64,000 nucleotides of DNA from Vicugna vicugna (GCA_013265495.1 MU058198.1:6587779-6651778), one strand, 5' to 3'. Shown: positions 36,766 to 55,743, numbered from the stretch's first letter. Program-made: numbers and translations. Notes: generated from the letters alone by a model not told the origin.

Positions 36766-39700
36766 TCAGCCCCAGACCTCAATGAGGTCCCCGGATTCCA
36801 TGCCCAGATCAGCTGGCAGCTCCTTGCCTGAAAGCTTTGTCCCATCAAAGAAGAAAGAGAGCTTCTGGCCCGAGAGTCCCATGGCCTCCTCGTAGCGGGA
36901 CATGAGGGTCTTGAGAGGAGAATCCTGGAGGGAGAGGAAAAAAATGGATGCAAGAATTTGAAAAGAGGGGCTGAGGAGAACTTATAGGGATGGACGGAGG
37001 ACTTGGGACAGGGAGGACAAGAGATCACAGAGGGAAGGCGAGTAATCAAAGAAGCCAGCACAGCCGGTTCCTCCCTAGGTTCCTCACTAGGGAGCTGGGC
37101 CACAGAGCCCAGGGCTGGGACGTCGGCTCTGGATCAGGCAGGTTCTCCAAGGCCAGTCTCTCCCACCAGTGGAGGCATGTATGACCATGAGGAAGCCAGC
37201 CTGGGCTCTGGGGTGAGTGTCATCAGAGCTGGGGGCCAGGCGTTCCCATTGAACTGGACGTGTGACCTTAGACAAGAGCTATGGGTTGACTGTGTCCCTA
37301 CTGCACCCAAAAGATTACTGGTGGTCCTCACCCCTGGTAAACGTGAATGTGACCTTGTTTGGAAGATGTGATCAGGTTAAGATGAGGTCATATGTGATGG
37401 GACACACAGTGAGCACTAAGGCAATTGCACCGGTGCCCTCGTATGAAGAGAAAACAGACATACAGGGAGACACCCGGGAGAACGTCATGTGATAAAAGAG
37501 GTGGAGATTGGAGTGATGCCATGAGCTAAGGGACCCCAAGGTTGTCAGCCACCACCAGAAGCTGAGAGGGAGCAGGGAAGGATTCTACCCAGAGTCTCAG
37601 AGGGAGCATGACCCTGCCGACAACTTGACTTCGGACTTCGAGTCTCCAAAACTGGGAGAGAATACATTTCTATTGTTTGAAGCCACCCAGTCTGTCGTAT
37701 TTTGTTACAGCAGCCCTGGGAAACTAATACAGCAAGTTACTCCACTTCTATGGATATTGGAGTCCTTATCTGTTAAATGAGGGTAACTGCAGTGCATTCC
37801 CATGTGAGATTGTTGTGAAATTCACTAACACCCTGAATGTAACCATCCTTAGCACAAGGACTGTCCACTTCTCTTTGAAGTGTGCCTGTTAGTTTGATGG
37901 GCTTTATTGGTTACTGTCCAAGGGTGATTTCCACTCTAACCAGGAGAAGGAGTTAGGAGACCAGAGCCAAGGTTCCCAGCAGAAGAGGGAGGGAAGCTGA
38001 ACCCTGGCCTTTTCCCACCATCTAGGATGGGCGGGAACCCAAGACCACAGAAAGTGGTGACTCCACCCTCCACCAACTGACAAGAGAGACAGCGGAGGGC
38101 ATGGGCAGGGGTACCGAGAGCCACCTCTCCCACTCACTCGAGGCAGCGAGACTTCCAGCATCTGGTGCTTCTCCTTCCCCTGCACTCGCAGCTGGAGCAG
38201 TTGGGACGTCTCCGCAGCCTCCGGAGAACTTGCCAGCACCACACAATCTGCAAGAGGCAGGATGAGGAAGCCAGGCCTGAGCGGGGGTTGGAAGCAGGGC
38301 CCCCTTCGGGCCTCTCCCCACAGCCCCTCCCTGTGGAAAAGCCTCCTCAAGCCTCCCTGCCTTCCTCTCACCAATGATGTCAGCCACTCCAAGCTTTAGG
38401 GTCCTGGGGGTGGCGGTAGGGGACAGCTCTGTTTCTCCGAAGAGCAAGAGGATCCTGCTTGGGGACACCCCGAGACGGGCGGCCATGTGGTCCACCACAC
38501 TCTGTAGGGGCTCCGACTGGGAGGGGGACAAGAAGCAAAGGAAGCCTTCCTGCCTGTGTGCTCCCTGCCAATCCTTGCCCAGTTTCTGTCCTTAACCACT
38601 CTCTGAACTCCTCAGCTGTGAGGTCCACCAGATCGACCTGGCAAGGCACAGAATAAAATCATGTCAATGAAGGGTTCAGGCAAGTGACACAAAGAAACGA
38701 AGCAGCCATGGGTTAGGAGAAGAAAGGGAGCAGTGGGGACTGCAGCAAATCAGAACCGGATATGCCTCATCTAAACAGGCCAGCTGTTCCGAAGCTCCAG
38801 CTGATTGGTACCACATGGGAACAGCAGCCAGGTACTGCATCTTCCTGTTTAAGAGAAACTGGAAATCTTGATCTTGGTATGAAATTGCCCATTGCAAAGG
38901 TTGGCTGTGAACGCCTATGTTTTAAAAGCACCCTACAGTGCAACAGATGTGCTGTTGATCAGGCCACAGGCTGCTAGTGTGCAAGCTCTGGCTTAGTTGC
39001 TTGCCCAATGCACTAAATGGTCATTTCTGTTATCAATTCTTGGTTTAGAATTGGGGTCATCCCTACAAAAACAGGAGTCTTCACCAGGAAGCCAGGGGAG
39101 CTTGGAAGGAGCGAGTGACATCTGGGGGTCCAATGCAGTAAAAGCAAGCACGAGAGAGAAACACAGGGTCTAAGGGAAGGAAAGAGGGAGGGACACATCC
39201 CTGGGGAGGCCCCACCAAGCAAAGCTTCTTAGGATGTTTAAATGGAGCCTTGAAGAATGGGGGGGGCGGGGGGGGGGCGGGGCAGTGTAGCTCAAGTGGT
39301 AGGCCCATGCTTAGCAAGCACAGGGTCCTGGGTTCAATCCCCAGTACCTCCTCTAAAAATAAATACATAAGTAAACCTAATTACCACCCCTCAAAAAAAA
39401 TTTAAAAAAAAAAAAGGGTGGGATGTTTCCCAGAAAGAGAGGGGAGGAGGAGGAAAAAATCTGGACAAAGGGAACAGTGAGCACAAAGGTGGGGGCACTG
39501 AGAGCGCAGGGCAGCTCCAGACGACATGGTGGGCAAAGGAAGACATGGTCCCTTCTGCCCGGACACCACTGTCTCTCCACACGCATCTCCTGGGAACCCT
39601 TCTCTCAGACCCGTCAGGCACTTACCATTCTGATGGACAATCTGACCAGGTCAGCCCGGCACCGGATTTTGAGCCGCAAGACTCGGGGGTTCTCTGGGAG

Positions 39701-42700
39701 AGTGGGCCCCTCTACCAGGACCACTTCATCCTCTTGGCTCAGGTGCTCCTGGCCCTGGGGCTGCTTGGGACTCAGAGAGGAACGGAGGTCTTGGAGGCGC
39801 TTGTTCACTTCCCTGGGGTGCAGAAAGGACTTGGGGTCAGCCAGGGTGGACCCACCTCCATATTGTCCCTTTCCACTCCAGCCCAGAGCCCCCTGCCCTT
39901 GGCACCTTAACTTCTGGAGTGCCCGAGTATGCTTTCTGCTTTTGGTTCGTGGTGGAGGTGGGGGCAAAGGAGAGGTGTCCTCAACCCTGCAGACAAAAGA
40001 GGAACAGGATGGAGAACAAGGTGAGACCCCAGCCCCACACCTCTCTTCATGGGCTATAGACCCCTGGGGACCAGAGAGGGACCTGGAGAATCAGAAGGGA
40101 GCACCTTCTGGTAATATCCATCTTATTGGAAGGTAGGGGAAGGTAAGGACAGGAGAAATCTGAGTCATCATTTTTATATTTATATGACCCAAATATGAGG
40201 GAGGAGGATTCCTAACTTTTAAGAAAAGTGACTTCCCAGGTCAATGTCTGATAACATCCAAAAGACACCAAGCACTTATTATATGCCAACGGTTCACTCT
40301 AATCTACTCAAAATTTCTGACATGGGTACCACTATTATCCCCATTTTATAGAAGAGGAAATTGATGTACAGAGAGGATGGTTAAGAGCCAGCTGGCAGGA
40401 TCTGAACCACAGGGAGGTCTTGAGCTACTTCCTTCACCCCTGCATCATGACCATCTTAGACAAAAAGCTGAAACACTTCCCCTGCGGGGTCCTGAGGGTC
40501 TGCTGTCCTCCACAGGTGGGGACCACTTCTTTTCCCAAGAGCTTCATTCCTCACTGGCGCCTCCAGACTCCTTCTATCCCTTCTCCTTACCCTTTCAGGA
40601 GCTAGCCAAGGGTCCTGCCCCCCTCAGCCTACCCCACCAACTCCCTTTCTGCTCCGATAGCCCCAGTGCCCTTGCCTCACTCACGGTAACACCTTTTTCT
40701 TCTCTTCTCCATCCTTACTCCTCAGCTTCTTCTTCCAGGGAGACTCTGGACATGGGGAATCCTCAGCACGGGGACTGCTGGAATCTGCTATGTCCGGCTC
40801 TGGGGACGGTCAGGGGGCCGGGGGGGAGGAGTGTTAAGGGTTAGCCAAGAGAGGGCGGTGGAAGGCCAAGGAGAGACAAGTCAGGGGCTTCAGAAGGTTC
40901 TGAGGAAGGAGGAGACTAAGGGGCCCCCAGACACACATGACCACACAATAATACTAGGGAAGGGCTCCAGGGACATGAGTCAAAAGGGGAATGCCTAACT
41001 CGGAGACAAGGATGCCTAAGTCGGAGAAAAGGATGAGCTGGAGTCTGACATAGAGCAGGAGAGTCCGAGCCTTGCACTAAGGCAGGAGACAACGTGCAGA
41101 CTGTCGGAAGGTGGCCCACTCCAACTGAAGCAGCGCTCTGCTCAGTTGTGATCACCTGCACCCCACAAATGAACAAAACTGAGCACACAACCCAGAAAGT
41201 ATATATTTACTTAATATACACACATACCCTACTTACCATACATGTACATATTAGTATATATGGTATAAAACATACATTACAACAAATGTTGTCAAAGGAT
41301 GATTTTTTTTAAAAATATTTCTCTTATTTTCTTTCCATTCTCAAGTTGATGGGCACAGAGAGAATATGTGAGTCTTGGGGTGGTGGGGGAGGGGATGAGG
41401 TAAAGAGGTAAGTACAGGCCTACTAAGCTCATGTTTCTCAAATTTCATCCATGTGAGCGTCATTATCATTTTGACATATCTCTGTATTATTTAATACCTT
41501 TCTTTAAATTACTAATTGTTGGGGAGGGTATAGCTCAAGTGGTAGAGCATGTGCTTAGCATGCCTGAGGTCCTGGGTTCATTTCCCAGAACCTCCTCCAA
41601 AAATAAATAAGTAAATCTAATTACCTCCCCACAAATAAAATAAATAAATAAATAAATAACTCATTGTTTTTGTTTGTTTGGGGGGGGTGGTAATTAGGTT
41701 TACTTATTTATTTATTTTTAGAGGAGGTACTGGGGATTGAACCCAGGACCTCATGCATGCTAAGCACGCACTGTACCACTTGAGCTATACCCCCACCTCC
41801 AAATTACTCATTTTAACTTAAATGTCTAACAAAAGGAAACCAGGTACTATTCTAGAATATAGCTCTTTTCCATTTGCTTGCCACAATAAAAGATCATCAT
41901 TAACCATAAAAATAAATACTGTGATTACACAACACTGATAATAAATCCTAGATCAGTGGTTCTCAACCAGAGGCAATTTTGCCTCCCTGGGAACATGTGG
42001 CAATGTCTGGAGACAATTTCGGTTATCACAATGAGAGGGGGAGGGGGTTGGGGTGTGATCCTGGCATCTGGTGGGTAGATGTCAGTATGCTGCTGAACAT
42101 CCCACAATGCACAGGACAGCCCCACACAAAGAATTATCCAGTCCAAACGTCAGTAGCACTGAGGCTGAGGAACTCTGTCCTAGTAGCTGCCAGAGGCCTG
42201 AGATTCTGCATTTCTGATAAGCTCCTGGGGATGCTCAGCACTCCTGGGCCCACATTTTAAGTAGCAAGGACAGAGGTATCCTTGTAATTCTATGTTCCAG
42301 GTACTGTACTAAACCATATATGTAGCCCACGAGGGGGCTTTCTATATATTCTACTTGTCATCAAAACCCTCTGACCTAGGTCCATAACTTAGCCCCATTT
42401 TGCTGATGAGGAAATTGAAACATTGAGAGATTAATTCACCCAAGGTCACACAGCTACTAAGGGGTGGAACTGGGACTCCAAACCCAGGCCAGCTAGTTCC
42501 TGAATCAGCTCTTAATCGTCCTGCCATACTCCCTCATGGTACAGAAGTCTTAGTCCAAGGTCTGCGTTTTCCCACTGGATCACTTCTTTGTTAGACTTGA
42601 TTCCTATTCACTGCCCTTGAATGGTTTGCAAAAGTCACATCACTCGGGGAGGACAAAGACTGGGCAGCCCTGATAAGATTCAAAGAACATCCTGTTGGCT

Positions 42701-44216
42701 CCAGAGTGTTCCCAAGAAACTTGCTGCAGATATAACAAGATGTTACAGGTTCTCAACACCTCCTCCTCCCCAGCCTCTAGGATTACAGAATCAAAATCTC
42801 TGAGGATAGAACCTGGAAATCAGTGTATTAGCACCTTCTTATGTCTATTAGAGTTGGGGGAAGATTTTTTTTTGACAGTACTTTCTGTGCCTTCTGGTTA
42901 TCCAGCTCCTTTCAGGAGGCTAGGATGCAGGAGTCACCTCTCCCGTTTCCTTCCCCTAGCCTCAGGGAACAACTAACTATAGGGATGTAAAACTCCAGAA
43001 AGTCTCAGAGAGCCCAGCGCTGGGCACCTCTCCCTGGAAGCCCTCCCTTACCTTCCTCAGTCCCTGGGGGACAGAATTTCAAGAGGGACATGTGATCTGG
43101 GATGAGGTGGAGGCTGCTTTTCACCTGCAAAGAAAAAGTAGATCAGTCCCAAAGCCTCCCTCCACTTAAAGGGAAAACTGGGGTCGATTCTTCCATCCCA
43201 TTCAGGTCTCCTCTAGCTCCCACGTTCTCCCTAAGGATGTAGACCCCACCGCCCTCTCACAGGGACTCAGAAGCTCAGCTTACCCAGGATCCAGAATTGG
43301 ATACCCTGACTCCTACACCCCTTTCCCTGATGCACTTTAAGAATACAAGCGTAGTTTCCCATTTTTAGGAGGGTGCTAGTAATCTAGCTATTTTAGAATC
43401 CTTGGAAATCCCAGCCCCTCTAACATACCCTACCACGTGAGGACTCCAGCCTCCTGGAGCCCCCAGTCCTCCCTGAACTTCCAAGGACCGCAGCCCCCGT
43501 TCTCCTGGATCCTTAGTAATGGGCCTCAACCTTTCAAACCCAACGTGCCCCAAATCCCAGCCCCAGGTCCTCTCAGCTCCTCTGTAAACCATCAGGGATC
43601 CCAGTCCCTTGGCCTCTCTAAACTCCTGACACGCCAGCTCCCGGGAATCCCAAACTCCCAACACAATCCAAACCCCTTCACCTCCCCAATTTGCAGAAAC
43701 CCCATGAACCCTGCCACCTCTCTGGCTCCAAGGCCCTACCCCTGCTTCCTTTTCGTCCCCCAAGACCAACCCCAGAAAACCCTATCCTCAGCACTCCCAA
43801 GCCTAGCCCTCCCGGGTGTCCGGCTGCACCTTCTCGGAGTACACTGGAACCGCCGGTGCCTCGCCTGGATCCAGTAGCAGCCGCCGCCGCCGCCTGACCA
43901 GGACCGGAGGGGCTCCAGCCGGCCGTGCGTCCTCCCCTTCGCTGTCACTGTCGCTGTCGTCCCGGGGTGCGGCTGGCAAAGGGGGTTCCGGGAGCGGGAC
44001 CTCGACCGGGTCCGCAGAGCCGCACGCCGTTGCGACCTCCAAGACATCCTCATCGCTGTCGCTGACCAAGTCCACCAGCACTGAGTCCAGGGTGCGTCGG
44101 GCTGGAGATCCCTGGGAGCGAGGACGCCGACCCCGGCCGCCCCGGGACCCCCGAGCCCCTCGGCTGACACCACCGCCTCTGGGCCGCCGGCCCCGCTGCC
44201 TCACCGGCTCCGCCAT
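36766..44216 (-). CDS. NFATC2IP: NFATC2-interacting protein (NIP45), two SUMO-like domains (418 aa, 8 exons)
   Basis: Exons: 43830-44216, 43052-43124, 40685-40799, 39906-39986, 39626-39812, 38372-38516, 38138-38247, 36766-36924; 1257 nt, in frame. RG-rich N-terminus, VLVDLVSDSDEDVLEV, RLKIRCRADLVRL, C-terminus LGMESGDLIEVWG. Confidence 0.97.
37277..37731 (+). mobile_element. MaLR (MLT1-type) solo LTR in NFATC2IP intron 7
   Basis: gaatgtgaccttgtttgga...ttaagatgaggtcata...ccaccagaagctgag...ttgttacagcagccctgggaaactaataca. Confidence 0.85.
39270..39415 (+). mobile_element. tRNA-Ala-derived SINE (vic-1-like), NFATC2IP intron 5
   Basis: Same head, aaacctaattacc 3' region, poly-A; preceded by a G-run. 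Confidence 0.85.
41521..41653 (+). mobile_element. tRNA-Ala-derived SINE, left arm of an inverted pair (NFATC2IP intron 2)
   Basis: Head at 41521, (TAAA)n tail; TSD 41506-41520 / 41654-41668. Confidence 0.9.
41666..41800 (-). mobile_element. tRNA-Ala-derived SINE, right arm of an inverted pair (NFATC2IP intron 2)
   Basis: Reverse-complement head ending at 41800; TSD aaat(t/a)actcatt 41654-41665 / 41801-41812. Confidence 0.9.
41953..42177 (+). mobile_element. MER20-like hAT DNA transposon
   Basis: cagtggttctcaacc...ggcaatgtctggagac...ggcatctggtgggtagat...cacaggacagcccc...gctgaggaactctg. Confidence 0.8.
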
Positions 44217-44700
44217 GGCACACACCGGGACGCGACAGTCGCCCGCCTCTAGTCGACTCGCCCGGCCCCCTCCAGCGATTTCCGCCCTTCATTGGGCTAA
44301 CCGCCTGCTAGTCTGCGCCTCACCCCGCCCATACCCTTTGGGTCCGCCTCCCGCCTTTTCACTGGTCACTGCACCCGCCCATCATGCATTCACCACTGAA
44401 ACCAAGGCGCCAAACATTCCAATCAGTCTAAACGCAATCGGCGTAGGTTTCGATTCGATCCGGCTCACCCATTGGCTGAGCTGCCTCTCTTGCCTTCTCC
44501 TAGCCCCGCCCATCAAAGAGATTCTTTTTTCCGGTTGGTGAAGGAGCAGAGCATCCTGGGAATTGCCGGCGGCTAGTCCTCAGGCCGCAGAGAGGAGCGA
44601 GGCGGGCTGGAAATTGCTTCCAGAAACAGCGGGCGACACGGGTATCCTCTTCTTTCTATCCCCTGACCACAAGTGGGCGGAGTAATCCCGTTCAACACCG
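43800..44700 (-). promoter_or_regulatory. NFATC2IP: NFATC2IP CpG-island promoter
   Basis: CpG-rich; CCAAT boxes near 44291, 44419 and 44471; GC boxes near 44323 and 44503. Confidence 0.8.
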
Positions 44701-44928
44701 ATTCCTCGCAGACACCCCTCCTCACTTACAGAATCCACACAGTACACAACCTGGACCAAGACTTCAACACCATGCAACTCCCCGAATTACCTCCAACAGC
44801 ATACACACCCTCCCTCACACCAGACAGCTTCAAGCGCAAAGTCAACGCAACGTACATCCTTGCGACACCCTCCCACAATATAAGCTTAAACACCACTCGC
44901 CTCACAAACACTTGGAAGGGCAAATACA

Positions 44929-45907
44929 TGTGAAAAACTGGAAACTTAATTCTCCCTGTTGAAAATAAGGTACGTGACTTCTCCCCCTTCCTCCTTTGTC
45001 TTTCGGAATTTCTTTCGAAATGTTTGTAAGTCTTGATAATGGCTGAATAAGCCTCTTGCCCGTAAGTCGGGAACTCCAGGACCTGTGAGCAGTCTTTTTT
45101 TGAAATGCAAGCGTCAAGAAATAGCTTTCAGCCTCCCGATCTCCGCTCCAGCGGGAGAATGAGCCTAACTTCCTGGGGGCCTTGCTGCAATATACAAAAC
45201 CACCTCTCATCAAAAACAGATGAAAAGTTTTTCTCCCTTGGATAAAAGCCGATCAATCACCACGATAAAGTTAGGATGAACTATGTGTGACAAAAGGTGC
45301 TGTCAAGCCCTCTTACTTGAGGCCTAGTTATTGTTTCTCTTGAAAACGAGGTATGGGTTTTGTTCTTATTGTAATATTGCTCAAAGTGTAATATTAGACC
45401 ATTTATTTAAGATTTTTCTTATTTCCTAAGGTAAGCTTGTATCGCTACAAACTTCCCTCTTAGAACCGCTTTTGCTGTGTCCCATAGGTTTGGGATGATG
45501 GTGTTTTTGTTTTCATTTATCTCTAGGTATCTTGATTTCCTCTTTTATTTTTCTCAGTGATCCATTGGTTGTTTAGTAGCATGTTGCGTAGCTTCCACAA
45601 GTTTGTGTTTTTCTGCAGTTTTTTTCCTTGTTGATTTCTAGTCTCATAGCATTGTGATCGGAAGAGAGAGAGGTGGGTCTTTGAAAATTTATCCTGAAAA
45701 CAGGATAATGGGTTGTACCTGCTTGGCTATATATAAGAGGGTGAGATTTCATTCTGCCTTTGCAATCAGTCTTAGCGGATTGCCTGTGATACGCATTCTG
45801 GTTTAATGCCTATTCAATAATAAAACTGTTTTCTGTCCCTACTATCTCTGTGGAGAGGTTTTCTGGGTTGGAAGAAGACTTTGTTTTTTCATTATATTTC
45901 CCCAACA
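44929..45907 (+). mobile_element. ERV1 solo LTR (MER34-like) with an internal antisense L1 fragment (~45355-45690)
   Basis: TG...tttccccaaCA ends, TATA (ctatatataaga ~45727), aataataaaa ~45816; the L1 piece is flanked by repeated tgaaaac. Confidence 0.65.
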
Positions 45908-46033
45908 CACCCACCAATGAATGACATCACATACCTCAGAGGCTACCATATCCTCCACACAACTACAACTCCTGTTCAACGTGCACCCCAGTACAATACA
46001 GACACCACCATATTGCCTTCAACTGCATGACCC

Positions 46034-46488
46034 TGTTGACCTTAAGAATAAAAGTCAGCTATTTTACCAGCAAGAATGGGTTTATTCAGGTATAGCAGAG
46101 GAATTGCAATTCAGGACAAGTAAGCTATAGCAAAAAGCCATTGACCAGTCAAACAAAGAAGAATGTGATTTTATAGAGAAAAGGGAGGGTGTTGGGAAGG
46201 GTTGTTTTGAATGAAAGTCCATTGGAAAAAAGTGAGAGTTCAGGATAATGATGGTTTCTCATAGCCTGAGTTACTGGGGTAGTAGACTTCTTCTAGGAGA
46301 TGCAACGTATATCTTTTCCTGTTGGGACCTGTAACTGATGATTCTCTTCTGTCCATGATTCTTCTGTTGGGGTCTTTACTGACAATTCTTCCTGTAATTG
46401 ATGGCGAGTGGTATACTGTGTGAAAGTTCCCCCCGCTTCTAGCCTTCCGACTCTATTTTGATGAGGTTTCCCTTTATTCATTTTCACA
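46034..46488 (-). mobile_element. ERV solo LTR
   Basis: TG...CA termini, AATAAA on the minus strand ~46080-46085, near-TSD accc/cccc. Confidence 0.65.
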
Positions 46489-47589
46489 CCCCTGACACTT
46501 CACACCGTAAATGCCACACCACACTTCACACGTAATACCCACACAGCATACACCCAGTACCACCTGTCTCTCACACATATAACGTTCACATAACTTGTAC
46601 TTTGCACACCCATCCAATATAGCATCTTGACGACCACCCACATCTCATCCCATCCCTCTCCTCTACCAAATTAATATCCCCCACATGTGGACCCCAACTC
46701 AGCCCAGATCCCAAGTCCTCCACGTAGACTCAGCCAAAGGCCAAGATTGAAGGCAGACACCCCCAGCAGGTGGGGCTGTTTCCCAAGAACAGAGGGGACT
46801 CCAAGGACCTCCCAGCCCCAGGACACCTTCAGCCACTCTTTGTTGCCAGGCTGGAGATGCAGAGTTTGCACCAAAGTCCTTTCTGCAGCCTTGGCCCCAC
46901 TTGGGACATCACTGCAAACCAGGAGTGACCCTGAGGGTCTGAAACTTCCCTCAAGCCTCCTTCTCCCTAAATCTCACTCCAGAGCTATGCCAAAAGTCTA
47001 GCCCCTGCCAAAAAAAAAAAAAAAGATCATGGAGTGGGAAGTTGAGAAGCTTTAGAATGTGGCTTTCTTCTGAACAGGTCCCTGCACTGGAAAAAGTCCC
47101 AGTCCAAACGGTCTGGGTGCCCTCTGGCTCCTGGCACACAGTAGGCCCTTAATCAGTGCCAAATAATAATAATAGCTAATGTCCGAGTGCCCCCTATGCC
47201 ACTGTCTTGTGCTTTCCATCTCATGTAAGGCTCATTAAGGTAGCTTGTCCTTATTTTATAGACCAGGAAACTGCAGCACAGAGAGCTTGAGTCTCACAGC
47301 CAGGAACAAGTGGAGCTGGGATTCAAATCCAGATAGTGTGCATCCAGAGCACCACGCTGGAGTTAGCACACATCAGTTCCTCATCTTCCCATGAGACTTC
47401 CCTGGGTGGTGGATGCTCATAGGAGTCGCTCCATTCCCTGATCCCTGAATCTCAGGAATTGCCACAATCCTTCATTCACTCCTCCTTCCCCCACTCATTT
47501 CCTGAGTTCCTGATCTTTGCCATCCCCTGGCTGGGTACCAAGGGCACAGAAAAGACCCAGACATGAATTTACCCTCAAGAAGGCAGGAT

Positions 47590-47718
47590 GGTGCGGTGGG
47601 TACAGCTCAGTGGTAGAGTGCATGCTTAGCATGCATGAGGTCCTAGGTTCAATCCGCAGTACCTCCATTAAAAATAAAAAACAAACCTAATTATGTCCCG
47701 CCAAAGAAGAAAAAAAAA
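47590..47718 (+). mobile_element. tRNA-Ala-derived SINE (vic-1-like)
   Basis: Same head and tail; aggatg on both flanks. Confidence 0.85.
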
Positions 47719-49869
47719 GGATGTTTCTTCACCAGAAGTCATGTGTTCCAGTGCTTCAGGCAGGAAACCATGAATGCAGCAGGCTGGGGAAAGGCAATAG
47801 AGAATGGTGGGGACCATGGTGATAGGGAAAGCTTATGTTAGCCGAGGGGTAAGGTGTGGGTGTAAATTCTAAGCTGGATTTAGGATGTTTATTTATTTAT
47901 TTTATTTTATTTTTGCCCATGTGCCCAAGATGGAAGCCCAAGGAAATGCTGAAGGTTCATTTCCCACTTCCTACACTTCAAACATACCCTATGCAAATAT
48001 AACAAGAAACACTGCTTTCTTTTCTTTTTCTTAATGGGAAATCAAAGCCACAACAGCGAGGCGGCAGCCCATGGGAATGCTGAGATCCCTAGGATTGGAG
48101 TCACATGAGGACAGAAGTCAAGGCTGAGGGCCCAGGAATAGCAGAGAATTGAATCTAAGCCCCCTGCCCAAAGCTGGGAGCTGTGAAAAGGCTGTCTCCT
48201 CTGGGCACGGAAGACAGAGGGAAAAATAATCCATTCACAGACTTTGGAATGCAGTTTGGAAAAAGTTACTGCAGGAAATTAGAATTCCTCATGGTCACCA
48301 GAGTGTGGGCTTGGATTCAGACCAGACCTCTGAGGCAAAAGCCTGCTCTGAGAAACTCATGAATAAAAGGGTCAGAACCCCCTGTAGTATGTAAGACTGT
48401 GGCAGAAGCCAAATCAGGCTGGCTCTAGGAGATGTGAGTGGGGCCCAAGAAACTCACGGGACTCCTACAGGAGAAACACAGATAAGTCAAAGAATCCTTC
48501 CATGGTGACATTGCCATGGGAGAATTCAGCCCATTGTACAGATGACAGTAACCACACCCTACCTCCTCCCTAATGCTATTTTATAACTGGGAAAACTGAG
48601 GGTCCCTGAGTTAAGTAAGTAGCCTAAAGTAAGTTAGCAATTAAAGTATTTAATTTCTCTGTGCCTCAGTCTTCTCAGCTATAAGGTGATAATAATTTAA
48701 GCATACCTTCCTCATAGGATTGTCATAAAGATAAAATGAGATGCTACTTGTAAAGCATTTATTAGAATTTATTAGAATGCCCATTTTAAAGGTTCAGAGA
48801 TGAAGAAGAAACAGAGTCTTTAAAACAAACACAGGACATTATGTAGAAAGAACTGGAACATTAAGAAAAGGAATGCTAGAAATAAAAACGTAGGTACTGA
48901 AAAAATCTAGGCAGTCTTACAGAGAGCATGGAAACTTCTGGAGCAGGAGAGGGACTTGGGTTTCAGGTAGCAGTCCTGGGTTTCGGAAGAGTACTGGAGT
49001 TGGGGAGACCAGGCAGAAGACACCAGGACTATCCACCTCAGGTGACTGATTCTGCCTGTGCCTGTGACAGGAGTTTGTGGTGGCGCTTGCTACGTAATGG
49101 TTTCAGGGCCTGGGGACTTTTAGCTCTGAAAGTCTTTGTGTTCCTGGTTTATATCATAGGCAGCTTATCAGGTAGTAGGCACAAGGGCTAGAATTGCAGC
49201 CAGATTTTGAGATTCACTTCCAGCTCTGTGAAGTGCTTGTTGTATGACCTTAGACCTGTTACTTGGCCTCTCTGGCACTTGGTTTTCCATCTACAAAACT
49301 GCACCTAGGAAGAGAGTGTCAAGAATGATATAGACTCTGGAATTAGACTGCCAGAGGTCAAGTTCTGACCCCAACAATTATTAGGTAGGCAAGCCTTGGG
49401 CATGTTATTTAGCATCTCTGCCTCAGATGTTAAATCCTCTTCCATGAAATAGGGTTGTTTGTGAAGATCACGTAAACTAATATACATAAAATACATAAAA
49501 TATACATAAAATACTTTGATACAATCCTGGCACATAAGAGCTCAGTAACCTTTGAGGTTATGGTAAGATTAAATATGTTCATTGATGTTAGAACTTAGTA
49601 GATGCTCAGTAAATGGCAGTGATGGCTGCCAATTCCTGGATTGCTTTCTCTTCACTGGGCGCCCCACATACAACTGCTAAATGAACAATAATTGAATGAC
49701 TGGATGGTGGGAATGGCAGGCAAGCAAGGAAAATGAGTGCAGACCAAGCCACAGGAGGGTAAAGCCCTGTGGTACCCGAGATGCAGCTCTCCCTCCTCTG
49801 CTGGCTAGGAAAGGGATGGGAGTACAGCCATCCTCACCTTCCCTTCCCCTCCCATACAGGGCACTACAT

Positions 49870-50050
49870 CACAAGATTGGAAGAGCTCACTGAGTTTATC
49901 TGGGAAGTGCAAAGTGGGTCAAAGCTTCACTTGTGTACACACACATGGGTAGACATCCTGAGTAACACTGCTCCAGAGGCCGACACCATCTGCTTGGGGT
50001 CCCGGATTTCAGAGTCTGGTGAGGATCTCAGGGGCCTGAGGAAGCCCAGG
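49870..50050 (-). other. CD19: CD19 terminal non-coding exon 15
   Basis: Donor CCAG|gtgagc after 50208; acceptor ccatatag|CCTGG before 50050; ends near GATAAA at 49895-49900. Confidence 0.65.
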
Positions 50051-50217
50051 CTATATGGAGAAAATGGTGATGGGGAGGGGTCCAGGAGCCTGAGCATCAG
50101 CCTTGGAAACCCTTTCCCTTCCCCCTTCCTGAGAACCAGAATCTCACTTCCATCCCTGCTTTTCTCCTTCCTTCTTTCCCATCCTTAGAGGGCAGTTTCC
50201 AGCTCACCTGGAGGGAA

Positions 50218-55681
<5,464 letters not shown>

Positions 55682-55743
55682 GGTGATCAGACTCCCTGGG
55701 GCGCCCAGCCTCGCGCGCGGGGGATGCTGGGGTAGGCGGGAAC

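Noticed and set aside
43816..44541. 241-aa plus-strand ORF antisense to NFATC2IP exon 1 (and similar ORFs at 39423-40136 and 27843-28858)
   Set aside because: Antisense shadows of real exons and stop-poor CpG islands.
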